A stretch of 64,000 nucleotides of DNA from Candidatus Magasanikbacteria bacterium RIFCSPHIGHO2_02_FULL_48_18 (GTDB lineage Bacteria; Patescibacteriota; Patescibacteriia; Magasanikbacterales; UBA922), in the NCBI GenBank assembly GCA_001784285.1, contig MFQC01000009.1, positions 8,828 to 72,827 on the forward strand. The letters are read 5' to 3'. Shown here piece after piece: positions 55,758-64,000 of the stretch. Under the pieces are notes generated by a model that saw nothing but the letters and a program-made list of their open reading frames with translations, was not told the origin of the DNA and did not search any database. Positions within the stretch are counted from its first letter, which is position 1, and each line of letters starts with the position of its first letter. A program made the translations under genes and the position numbers.

Positions 55758-57164
55758 TCAGGCGGCGGCACTGTATGCAACCGGCGTTCTGGGTTCGTCA
55801 TATCTGTTTTCCTCAACTAATGCGATTACCTGTTCTAGGGTCGCATGGCTTAAAAAACGAAAAAAAATATTTTCTGGAAATGGATTCCGTTCCGCTATCT
55901 GGCGCGCCACATCTTGGATGTACCGCACGCAATCAGCCTGTTCGGCAAAATAAAAAATGCCTTTTCTGAAAAAATCCATTAATCGAATACTCAACGCTCT
56001 TTCCTTGCGCAACGCTTTTAAATCAATACTCGCAAGCGGGGCAAGCGTCTCACGCAATCCGCCGATATCTTCTCGAAATACCTGGCATACCGCAGTATCA
56101 ATAGTCGCTTTTGTTTGTGCGAAATCGAGCACTTCGCTGGATTGCACTCCCTGCTCCATGCCCTCTTCTGGAACAAATACCTTTCGTATCAAAGATAAAT
56201 TGCGGATAGAAATCCCAAGAAGGTGAGGAAGTCCTTCATATGCGGCGAGCATGCCAAGCGCCTGATCAATCATAGTTTTTTCAGAGCCTTTGAGCAAGCG
56301 ACGAAGCGAATCAAACCTCTGCGCCACTTTCGTTCTTGCCCGCACAATTTGCGACGGTGTTTTCAGCCGTCGCGGTTCACTCGCTAAATCAGTGACCGAC
56401 GGTCGAGCGATCTCTTCTTTATTGGAAAGATATCTCACGACGTCTTCCAAAATTTCTCTCGTGGCAACCACAAGATAATTGGCAAACATTTCATTTTTCC
56501 CGGCAAGTTCCACCGCGCCTACCCCTTCGATATACGTGACTACCGGCTCTTCCCGCGCAATATTTGGATTCCACAGTTGCATGGACCCGCCGCGACTTTC
56601 GCCAAACACTTCCACCAATTCTTTCCCCTCATGAAAAATTGCCAAGCGCTTTGAATGGCCAAATGGACCAACCCGAAAATCAACTTCCCGTTCCTCCCCA
56701 TTCTCCTCTCTTTTATCCGCTTCTTCTTCGGAAACAAGCTCTTGCACCGCAAGACTATACCCATCTGGGAGCACATCTGAGAGCTGTGCCCTCAACAGTT
56801 CAAATCCTTCATCATCAGTATACACATCAATATCATTGATACCCTTTACTTCCCACGGATCAGATTTCGGCCGCTCCAAAATTTCTCGACGAATATCATG
56901 AAACGCATTTGCGGCGCTGCCCCCAAGGCGATAAGAAGCGCCGGAATCACGAAACACGCCAATCACCAAGCGGAGCGGTTCTATAAAACACTCTGGAATG
57001 TGTACATTCTCTCGCGCCTCTTCCAATTTTTCCGGCTCTCCACTTCCTGTTTGATTTTCATGAGCGCCGCCAACATTGGCAGACGAACATGTGCTTTCCG
57101 AATCGGCCAAAAATCCAGTGTCACACGAGGGGGTGGTGCGGGCTCTTTCAAAGAATATCATCAT
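55758..57164 (-). CDS. hypothetical protein with a nucleotidyltransferase-like signature
   Basis: YRLGGSAA...INDIDVY; 468-aa ORF immediately after argS. Confidence 0.6.
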   Translation of the reverse strand: MMIFFERARTTPSCDTGFLADSESTCSSANVGGAHENQTGSGEPEKLEEARENVHIPECFIEPLRLVIGVFRDSGASYRLGGSAANAFHDIRREILERPKSDPWEVKGINDIDVYTDDEGFELLRAQLSDVLPDGYSLAVQELVSEEEADKREENGEEREVDFRVGPFGHSKRLAIFHEGKELVEVFGESRGGSMQLWNPNIAREEPVVTYIEGVGAVELAGKNEMFANYLVVATREILEDVVRYLSNKEEIARPSVTDLASEPRRLKTPSQIVRARTKVAQRFDSLRRLLKGSEKTMIDQALGMLAAYEGLPHLLGISIRNLSLIRKVFVPEEGMEQGVQSSEVLDFAQTKATIDTAVCQVFREDIGGLRETLAPLASIDLKALRKERALSIRLMDFFRKGIFYFAEQADCVRYIQDVARQIAERNPFPENIFFRFLSHATLEQVIALVEENRYDEPRTPVAYSAAA

Positions 57165-57171
57165 ATTGCTT

Positions 57172-58920
57172 TTACATTTCCTCCACGTGGGTCATTCCAA
57201 GCAAGTATAACCCATGTCGCATCACAATGCCAACTGCGCTCACCAAATGGATGCGAAACGATTTTGTCGCCTTATCCGCAGTCAAAACAGGACACGCATG
57301 ATAAAACGCATTAAAATCTTGGGCAAGCTCCAGTAAATACTTGGCAATTTTGGATGGATCCAAATGGTCGGCCGCTTCTTTGGCCGCTTCTGGAAAAGAC
57401 GCAAGGTCAAGAAGGAGCTTCTTTTCTTGCGCGGTTTCCAATGTGTCGCCATCCAACGCGTCAAAAGGCGCGGACACATTTTCTTTTTGGATCTTCCGTA
57501 TGATGGATTGAATGCGCGCGACAATATATAACAGATACGGCCCGCTATCGCCTGAAATATTCACCGATTCTTCCATGTCAAATGCAATATCGTTCCCAAT
57601 GCCAGTCTTCAAAAATCCATACTTGACAGCAGAGAGCGCCACCGTTTCCAAAACTCCTTCCGCGTCCTTAACCGTGTTTTCTTTCATAATCGCGCGAATA
57701 CGATCCTTGACCGCATCGAGCAATTCTTCTCCAAGAACCACATTGCCGGTTCGAGAACTCATTTTTCCATGCTTCAAATGCACCCATCCGTAGACAAGAT
57801 GATACTCTTTCCCCATGCTTTCCGGCACCACATGCTCGAGCGCTTTGAAAACCACTTGAAAATATCCTGTTTGCTCTTTGCCGACGACATGGATAATCTG
57901 ATCCGGATGATGTTCGGCAAACTGCAACGCCCCAAGCGCCATTTCTTTGGCCTCATATCCAGGGAACCCTTGGCTCGTAATAAAGACGCGGTCATGCAAT
58001 CCATACGTTTCTCCGGGGAAAATAATGGCCCCATCGCTTTCTTTAAAGACACCTTTTTTAAGAAAGGCCCGCACGAGTTCTTCACCGCGCGCAAAAACTT
58101 CGGATTCAAAATAAAGCCGATCAAATCGAGAACCGACCCGTTGATAGATTATATCAAAATATTCAAGGCTCCAGGATCGAGTCGTTTGGTATATGTCGTG
58201 AATTGAAGGATCATTCGCGTATATTTTTTTATTAAGCGCAATAATTTCTTGTTTTGTTTCTTCATTGTCTTCATAGCGCTGTCCTCCCCTTGCGTACGCT
58301 TTTCCGAGGAAGGCCATTCGCTCATGAATATCTTTTTCTTGTACGGCGCGGTATTCATCAATCAATTGCTGTATTCCCCAAAGCGATTTTGCGATATGCA
58401 TGCCCACGTCGCCTTGATAATTTACGCGGACAAGCTCGTGCCCCGCATTTTCCAAAATGCGGATAATGCTCTCACCGGTCACGATATTGCGCAAATGACC
58501 GATATGAAACATTTTATGCGTATTCGGATGCGCAAATTCCACCATAATTTTTTTTCTTTTTTCCTCTCGCACGGCTCCGTATGGCTGTTCGGTTTTGTGC
58601 AAAATAAGCGGGAAAAGGAGACTGGCCATTTCCTTTTGGTTCAGAAAAAAATTCACGAACGGCCCTTCGGCGCGCACATCCCGTATAAGAGATGCCTCCG
58701 TTATGTCAGCGTGTATTTTTGCGGCGAGATGTTTTGCAACAATGGCAGGGCTTTCCCCTCGTGTTTTTGCGTACGAAAAACACGGAAACGCAAAATCGCC
58801 AAGTACGGAATTTGGCGGCGCAGAAAAAACAATATCCGCTGGGAGAATATGTTTTTGTATATGCGCTTCAAGATTTTGTTTTATGGTATTCATCATATTT
58901 TTTCTGTATCTCATCCTCAT
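57172..58920 (-). CDS. argS: arginine--tRNA ligase
   Basis: GPFVNF, HPNTHKMFHIGHLRN, KMSSRTG, GPYLLY..ARI.SI, FYHACPVL. Confidence 0.96.
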   Translation of the reverse strand: MRMRYRKNMMNTIKQNLEAHIQKHILPADIVFSAPPNSVLGDFAFPCFSYAKTRGESPAIVAKHLAAKIHADITEASLIRDVRAEGPFVNFFLNQKEMASLLFPLILHKTEQPYGAVREEKRKKIMVEFAHPNTHKMFHIGHLRNIVTGESIIRILENAGHELVRVNYQGDVGMHIAKSLWGIQQLIDEYRAVQEKDIHERMAFLGKAYARGGQRYEDNEETKQEIIALNKKIYANDPSIHDIYQTTRSWSLEYFDIIYQRVGSRFDRLYFESEVFARGEELVRAFLKKGVFKESDGAIIFPGETYGLHDRVFITSQGFPGYEAKEMALGALQFAEHHPDQIIHVVGKEQTGYFQVVFKALEHVVPESMGKEYHLVYGWVHLKHGKMSSRTGNVVLGEELLDAVKDRIRAIMKENTVKDAEGVLETVALSAVKYGFLKTGIGNDIAFDMEESVNISGDSGPYLLYIVARIQSIIRKIQKENVSAPFDALDGDTLETAQEKKLLLDLASFPEAAKEAADHLDPSKIAKYLLELAQDFNAFYHACPVLTADKATKSFRIHLVSAVGIVMRHGLYLLGMTHVEEM

Positions 58921-58931
58921 ACTCCATCATA

Positions 58932-60113
58932 TTATTGAATACGAATAAAAAAGCGTTTCCCTTTTTGAACGACATCGCCTGCTTTGAGGATGACCTCATA
59001 CGAAGTGATTTTTTCATCGTTTATTTTCACGCCATCGCCGTCAATAGCGCGGCGAGCATCTGTCTTGCTTGACGCAAAACCGGCGTCAATCAGCACGTTC
59101 ACAATATCTTTTCCTGCTCCTGCGATCGTCGGCATATCGGCCGGTGCTTCTTTTTTTGCAAACACGGAGACAAAATACGCCTCGGCTTCGCCTGCCGCCC
59201 CGGGGCTGTAATAAAACCGCACAAGTTCTTTTGCAAGGAATACTTTATAATCTCGCGGATTTGCGCCACTCTGTATGGCCGCCTTATATTCACGCACTGT
59301 GTCCATCGGGACGCGCGTCATATTTTCAAAATATGGAATAATAAGGCTGTCCGGAATAGACATGATTTTACCGAACATGTCGTTTGGCGCGTCAATGATG
59401 TTGACTGTATTCCCCCAACTCGAGCTCATCTTGCGGCCGTCAGTTCCGGCAACGAGGGGATTCGTCATAATGGCTTGCGGTTCTTTTTTGTATTTTTCCT
59501 GCAACACGCGCCCTGCCAAGAGATTAAACCGCTGGTCAGTCCCGCCCACCTCGACATCGGCATCAATCGCAACCGAATCATACCCCTGCATAAGCGGATA
59601 GAGCATTTCGCGCAAAGACACTCGCGTACCCGCGTCAAGCCGCCTGCGAATATTCTCGCGCGCAATAAATTCCGCAACGGAAAATGCGTCCGCCTGATCG
59701 CCGATTTCCGCATACGTCAATTTCCCAAGCCATTCGCTGTTGTAACGCACCTCGCACTTCTCAAGATCAATAATTTTGCCTGCCTGCTTGGCATACTGCC
59801 GCATGTTCTCGGCCACGACATCTTTTGCGAGCATGGGCCGTTCGCTCTCTTTGTCCGATGTATCGCCGATCACGCCGGTAAAATCTCCAATAATGAAGAC
59901 AATTTTGTGGCCGAGTTCTTGAAAATCGCGAAGCTTGAGGAGCGGAATGGAACGGCCAAGGTGCAAATTCGGGCTAGTCGGATCAATGCCGAGCTTGACG
60001 CACAGGGTGTTGCCGCTTGCGAGTTTGTTTTCAAGCGTCTCGCGACCGATGATTTCGTGAACGCCCCGGGTGAGAAGATCTTGGAGTTTTTTTGAATCAG
60101 TAGAAATGGCCAT
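58932..60113 (-). CDS. tyrS: tyrosine--tRNA ligase
   Basis: GIDPTSPNLHLG, YPLMQGYD, GGTDQRFN, KMSSS, C-terminal S4 domain. Confidence 0.96.
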   Translation of the reverse strand: MAISTDSKKLQDLLTRGVHEIIGRETLENKLASGNTLCVKLGIDPTSPNLHLGRSIPLLKLRDFQELGHKIVFIIGDFTGVIGDTSDKESERPMLAKDVVAENMRQYAKQAGKIIDLEKCEVRYNSEWLGKLTYAEIGDQADAFSVAEFIARENIRRRLDAGTRVSLREMLYPLMQGYDSVAIDADVEVGGTDQRFNLLAGRVLQEKYKKEPQAIMTNPLVAGTDGRKMSSSWGNTVNIIDAPNDMFGKIMSIPDSLIIPYFENMTRVPMDTVREYKAAIQSGANPRDYKVFLAKELVRFYYSPGAAGEAEAYFVSVFAKKEAPADMPTIAGAGKDIVNVLIDAGFASSKTDARRAIDGDGVKINDEKITSYEVILKAGDVVQKGKRFFIRIQ

Positions 60114-60122
60114 AGAAAGGTA

Positions 60123-60716
60123 TTAATCAATACAAGGTTCGGCTTGGATGAAAACATCATCAATGCGATTGATCGTAACATGATAGTACGTCTTCTCATC
60201 TGCTTCTTCAATGGATGAGTTCTTTGCCGTTATTTTTTCCATCTCGACTTCGGCGAGCACTTTAATGGCGGGGGTGGAAAGAAAACACGCCGGGAGCGCC
60301 TCTTGTTGAAAAATTCGATCCCAGCTATCGGAGTCCAGGTATAACGGAAAACCACTCAATGTGACAATATTTTTTTGATCGTCTAAGACTGCTTCGCCAA
60401 ATCCACCGGTCCAACCAACCGATACAAAAAAAACTGCTTGCTGAGGATCGAATATTTCTATAATCTGGAAAGGCATCATTTTGACTTCGACATTTTGGTT
60501 CGTGAAGGCTTCACCGCCATTGCCATTGTTTATGGAAACTATTTTTTCATCTACTGTTGATGTAACTCCGGATATGGAGAATTCGCTTTTTGTACTTTTT
60601 GGGACATTATTTATCCCCAGCCCATTTTCTTTTACCGGGTTATCGGCCAGACAACCAACACCCACAAGGAGGAGCGCTAAAAACATGCATATAAATAATC
60701 GAAGCCGGCGTATCAT
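60123..60716 (-). CDS. putative lipoprotein
   Basis: Signal peptide ending LLVGVGC; fills the gap between valS and tyrS. Confidence 0.6.
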   Translation of the reverse strand: MIRRLRLFICMFLALLLVGVGCLADNPVKENGLGINNVPKSTKSEFSISGVTSTVDEKIVSINNGNGGEAFTNQNVEVKMMPFQIIEIFDPQQAVFFVSVGWTGGFGEAVLDDQKNIVTLSGFPLYLDSDSWDRIFQQEALPACFLSTPAIKVLAEVEMEKITAKNSSIEEADEKTYYHVTINRIDDVFIQAEPCID

Positions 60717-60746
60717 AAAAAATCCAAGCATACAATATGTACAATA

Positions 60747-63572
60747 CTAAAAATGGCTAAAGGGAGCACGTTGTTGCTCGAGTGCGGACAATTTTGCTGT
60801 TGCCTCTTCATATTTCGCGCGTTCCGTCGCAACCACCGATGCTGGCGCCTGAGCCACAAACTGTTTGTTTGCCAATTTTTTTTCAAGCGAAGAAACATAG
60901 GCTGTCAGATTCTGTATTTCTTTCTCCAGCCGTTCTCTTTCCTTTGCCACATCAATCACATCACTCAATTCCACAAATACCGTCACCCCTTCTCCAGGAA
61001 CAAATGTCGCGCTCTGTTTTGGTTGATCGGGTGTTCCCGTTATGGTGAGCGACGAAACCTTCGCCAAATTTTTAATAATAGATGCATATTGATCAATCAA
61101 TACCTGATATTTTTCTGTTTGGATAATGATACTAAATTCTTTTTTTGGTTCAATACCATACTCATTGCGAATCGTCCGAATGCCGGTTACAATTGATTGA
61201 AGAAGAGAAAACTCACTGAGCACTTCCGAAGCGGGCTTGTCTGTCCGTAACCCCGCATGGAGGACGGAGGAAGGCCACGGTTGCACCATCAACAAAATTC
61301 CTGAATTTCTCATCCTCTGCTGATATATGGCCTCTGTCACAAATGGCATAAATGGATGCCAGAGTTTGAGTAAAATCTCTAAGATATACATAAGTATGCC
61401 AGATTTGAAGGACTTATCTGCTGGCGAAGCGGATTCGATTTTAGAAATTTCGAGATACCAATCTGCCAATTCGCTCCAGGTAAAATCACGCAACTTTTCT
61501 CCAGCTGCGGAAAAACGAAAATTTTCCAGGTCGTCTGTCACTTCAATAATAATTTGATTGAGACGCATCAGAATCCATTGGTCAGCAAGAGTATACTCCT
61601 GTGATGTATGATCTGTCTCAAGTGTGAGGCCATCTGGGTCGAACTGTGTCAAAATAAACCGCGAAATATTCCAAATCTTATTCACCAAATTCCGTGCGCC
61701 TTCCACTTTCTCATCATAAAATCTGGCATCATTCCCAGGTGAAATTCCAGAGATTAAACTAAATCGCAGAGCATCGGTTCCAAACTCCTCAATGACATCA
61801 AGTGGATCAACGGAATTGCCAGCAGACTTAGAAAATTTCTTTCCCATTTCATCGCGCAACATGCCGTGGATATAGACATCACGAAATGGTATGCCATCAA
61901 TGACGTACGTGGAAAACAAAATCATGCGTGACATCCATAAAAACAATATCTCGTATCCCATCTGCATCCAGCCGGTTGGATGAAATGTTTTAAAGTCGCC
62001 GCCCTCAGGCCAGCCTAATGTTGAAAACGTCCACATCCCGCTTGAAAACCAGGTATCGAGTGTATCTGGATCACGTTCCCACTTCTCTTCATCCTTTGGC
62101 GGCTCTATTCCCACATACACCTCTTCACCCTTATACCACACCGGAATCTGATGCCCCCACCAAATTTGACGCGAAATACACCAATCATACAAATTATCCA
62201 CCCAACGAAGATAGCCTTTCTCAAACCGATCTGGAGTAATACGCACTGTTTTATTTTTGTCTCCATTGTGTCCAGTGGTCACTGCCTCTCGCATCAATTG
62301 CTTGAGCGTTTTCCCGCGCCCAGGAATTTCTTTGTCGACATTCACAAACCATTGTTTTGACACCATTGGTTCAACCACAGTGTTTGACCGATAACAGATC
62401 GGCAGGCGATGCACGTATTTCGTGTCTTCACCGACAATCAACCCCATTTCTTTCATAATTTCAACGGCTTTTCTTCGCGCGTCAACAATTGTCATGCCGA
62501 TACAAGGCCCGGCAACATCAGTCATCTTTCCATCAAAATCAATTTTTTGAATAAATGTCTCATTCAATCCTCGGCGTTTGGCCAAATCATAATCATCGGC
62601 TGAATGACAGGAAGAAATCGTCATAGCGCCAGCGCCTTTTTCCATGTCGATCACTTCGTCGGCAATTACATAAAATTTTCTTTTGGCGGCATACGTATCA
62701 TACTCAAAGGCTCGCCCTTCCAACTCTTTTCCGGTAAAAGTCTCTGTAACTTGAAAATTACTCTGCGATTCAAGGTGATTGGTGATGACTTGAAATTGTT
62801 CCTTCTTGTCAAAAAGATTTTTAGAAACAATAAGATGATCCTCTTGCCCCTCTTTGTTTGTAAACCGAAGCCGCAGATACTCCCCATCTCCATGAACAAC
62901 AAGCGGAGAATCGGCACACTTGGTTTCCGGACGGACCGTACCGATCACAAATTCGCCGCAACGAATATAATAAAACGGTTCTTGCCGCTCTTCCCAAAGC
63001 AACTCATCATCCGAAAGCACAGAATGCGCGCCAATCGACCAATTCACCATGCGTGTGCCACGATAAATAAGACCGTCATTATACATGCGCACAAACACGC
63101 CATTGACTGCTCGATTACGTGGCTCATCAAATGTATAAGCAAGCCGTGACCAATCGGCACTCGTCCCCATTTTTTTAATTTGAGAAAGAATCGTTGATTT
63201 TGATTGTTCAGAAAATTCTCGAATGCGTCGCAGCAGTTCTTCCCGCCCCAATTCTTGCCGAGGATTTTTAATGCCTTGTTCAACAAGTAACCGTTCCACT
63301 TTTGCCTGCGTTGCTACTGCCGCGTGATCGGTTCCAGGCAACAGTAGCACTTTCTTCCCGCGCATACGCTGAAACCGCGCCATACTATCCATGAGCGAAT
63401 TTTCCAAGGCATGGCCAAGATGAAGAACACCCGTGACATTGGGTGGGGGCATCATGATGGCATAGGGCTCGCCCGAAAGATTGTCCGGATTAAAAAAACC
63501 GCTCTCTTCCCAACGTTTGTAGATTTCGTCCTCGTAGTGCTTTGGTTCGTATGCTTTTGGCAATTCTTTCAT
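60747..63572 (-). CDS. valS: valine--tRNA ligase
   Basis: PPPNVTGVLHLGHA, DWCISRQIWWGH, DTWFSS, KFSKS, C-terminal coiled coil. Confidence 0.96.
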   Translation of the reverse strand: MKELPKAYEPKHYEDEIYKRWEESGFFNPDNLSGEPYAIMMPPPNVTGVLHLGHALENSLMDSMARFQRMRGKKVLLLPGTDHAAVATQAKVERLLVEQGIKNPRQELGREELLRRIREFSEQSKSTILSQIKKMGTSADWSRLAYTFDEPRNRAVNGVFVRMYNDGLIYRGTRMVNWSIGAHSVLSDDELLWEERQEPFYYIRCGEFVIGTVRPETKCADSPLVVHGDGEYLRLRFTNKEGQEDHLIVSKNLFDKKEQFQVITNHLESQSNFQVTETFTGKELEGRAFEYDTYAAKRKFYVIADEVIDMEKGAGAMTISSCHSADDYDLAKRRGLNETFIQKIDFDGKMTDVAGPCIGMTIVDARRKAVEIMKEMGLIVGEDTKYVHRLPICYRSNTVVEPMVSKQWFVNVDKEIPGRGKTLKQLMREAVTTGHNGDKNKTVRITPDRFEKGYLRWVDNLYDWCISRQIWWGHQIPVWYKGEEVYVGIEPPKDEEKWERDPDTLDTWFSSGMWTFSTLGWPEGGDFKTFHPTGWMQMGYEILFLWMSRMILFSTYVIDGIPFRDVYIHGMLRDEMGKKFSKSAGNSVDPLDVIEEFGTDALRFSLISGISPGNDARFYDEKVEGARNLVNKIWNISRFILTQFDPDGLTLETDHTSQEYTLADQWILMRLNQIIIEVTDDLENFRFSAAGEKLRDFTWSELADWYLEISKIESASPADKSFKSGILMYILEILLKLWHPFMPFVTEAIYQQRMRNSGILLMVQPWPSSVLHAGLRTDKPASEVLSEFSLLQSIVTGIRTIRNEYGIEPKKEFSIIIQTEKYQVLIDQYASIIKNLAKVSSLTITGTPDQPKQSATFVPGEGVTVFVELSDVIDVAKERERLEKEIQNLTAYVSSLEKKLANKQFVAQAPASVVATERAKYEEATAKLSALEQQRAPFSHF

Positions 63573-63581
63573 AAAAACAAT

Positions 63582-63860
63582 CTAGCATTTTTGCGTATAT
63601 TTTTTTATCCAATGGGATCTGATAACCGGAAGCGTCATCGTGGAAAAAAGCCAGCCCAATGCCGGCACCAATGCTTTGAGAAGGGGATACGTGTCATGAA
63701 TACTCCAAAGCCAGAGAGCCGCGACGCTATAGGTAAGAAAAAAAATAACGATCCGACGGGTAAAACTTATTTCCCATGCTTTATCCGCTTCGACTCGCCG
63801 GTTTCGCGCTTCAATATCTGCAATGCGATCTCCAAGGGGTTGCGCGATGTCTCTTTCCAT
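63582..63860 (-). CDS. small membrane protein
   Basis: RNRRVEADKAWE.S.TRR followed by two TM helices. Confidence 0.7.
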   Translation of the reverse strand: MERDIAQPLGDRIADIEARNRRVEADKAWEISFTRRIVIFFLTYSVAALWLWSIHDTYPLLKALVPALGWLFSTMTLPVIRSHWIKKYTQKC

Positions 63861-63930
63861 AGTAAATAGTAAAAGGAGTCATAATGTACTCTGATTTTAC
63901 GTATATTCAAGAAAAAAATCAAGGAGGCCG

Positions 63931-63959
63931 TTGACATGTTGAGGAATGGCTGGTATACT
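63931..63959 (+). promoter_or_regulatory. sigma70 promoter for a gene beyond the window
   Basis: TTGACA-17 nt-TATACT with an extended -10 TG. Confidence 0.7.
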
Positions 63960-64000
63960 GACTCATCCTCCAAAATGGAGGAGTTTTTCTGTGGCCCTCA

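Noticed and set aside
55619-55816. 65-aa ORF upstream of the RHH gene
   Set aside because: Could be real, but it overlaps the 468-aa ORF by 59 bp and has no recognisable motif, so it was not called.

Overview
AT-rich bacterial chromosome segment whose gene content and style point to a Patescibacteria (CPR; probably Parcubacteria/ABY1-like) genome. This is an inference from gene content. The presence of RF2 indicates the standard genetic code. Most genes lie on the minus strand. Housekeeping genes: valS, tyrS, argS, nusA, yidC, groES/groEL with a variant CIRCE, prfB, tsaC, rsmA, an RsmB/F methylase, pgi and a glutaredoxin. Surface genes: a 3011-aa Cys-rich protein, a TrbL/VirB6-like protein of at least 1375 aa that runs off the left edge, a 1.9k-aa FN3 protein, alpha-2-macroglobulin with PBP1C, and an O-antigen-ligase-like protein. 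There are also two type II toxin-antitoxin pairs and an ECF sigma/anti-sigma module. The most striking feature is non-coding, at 4400-5045: two tandem cassettes with identical borders but different interiors. On the minus strand each reads sigma70 promoter -> small RNA -> terminator -> extended -10 promoter -> aberrant tRNA-like RNA (G3.U70 pair, distorted anticodon arm, encoded CCA) -> terminator. Each small RNA is complementary, in circularly permuted blocks, to the tRNA-like RNA of its own cassette. This is a candidate all-RNA 'tRNA / anti-tRNA' system. All calls were made by eye; no searches were run.
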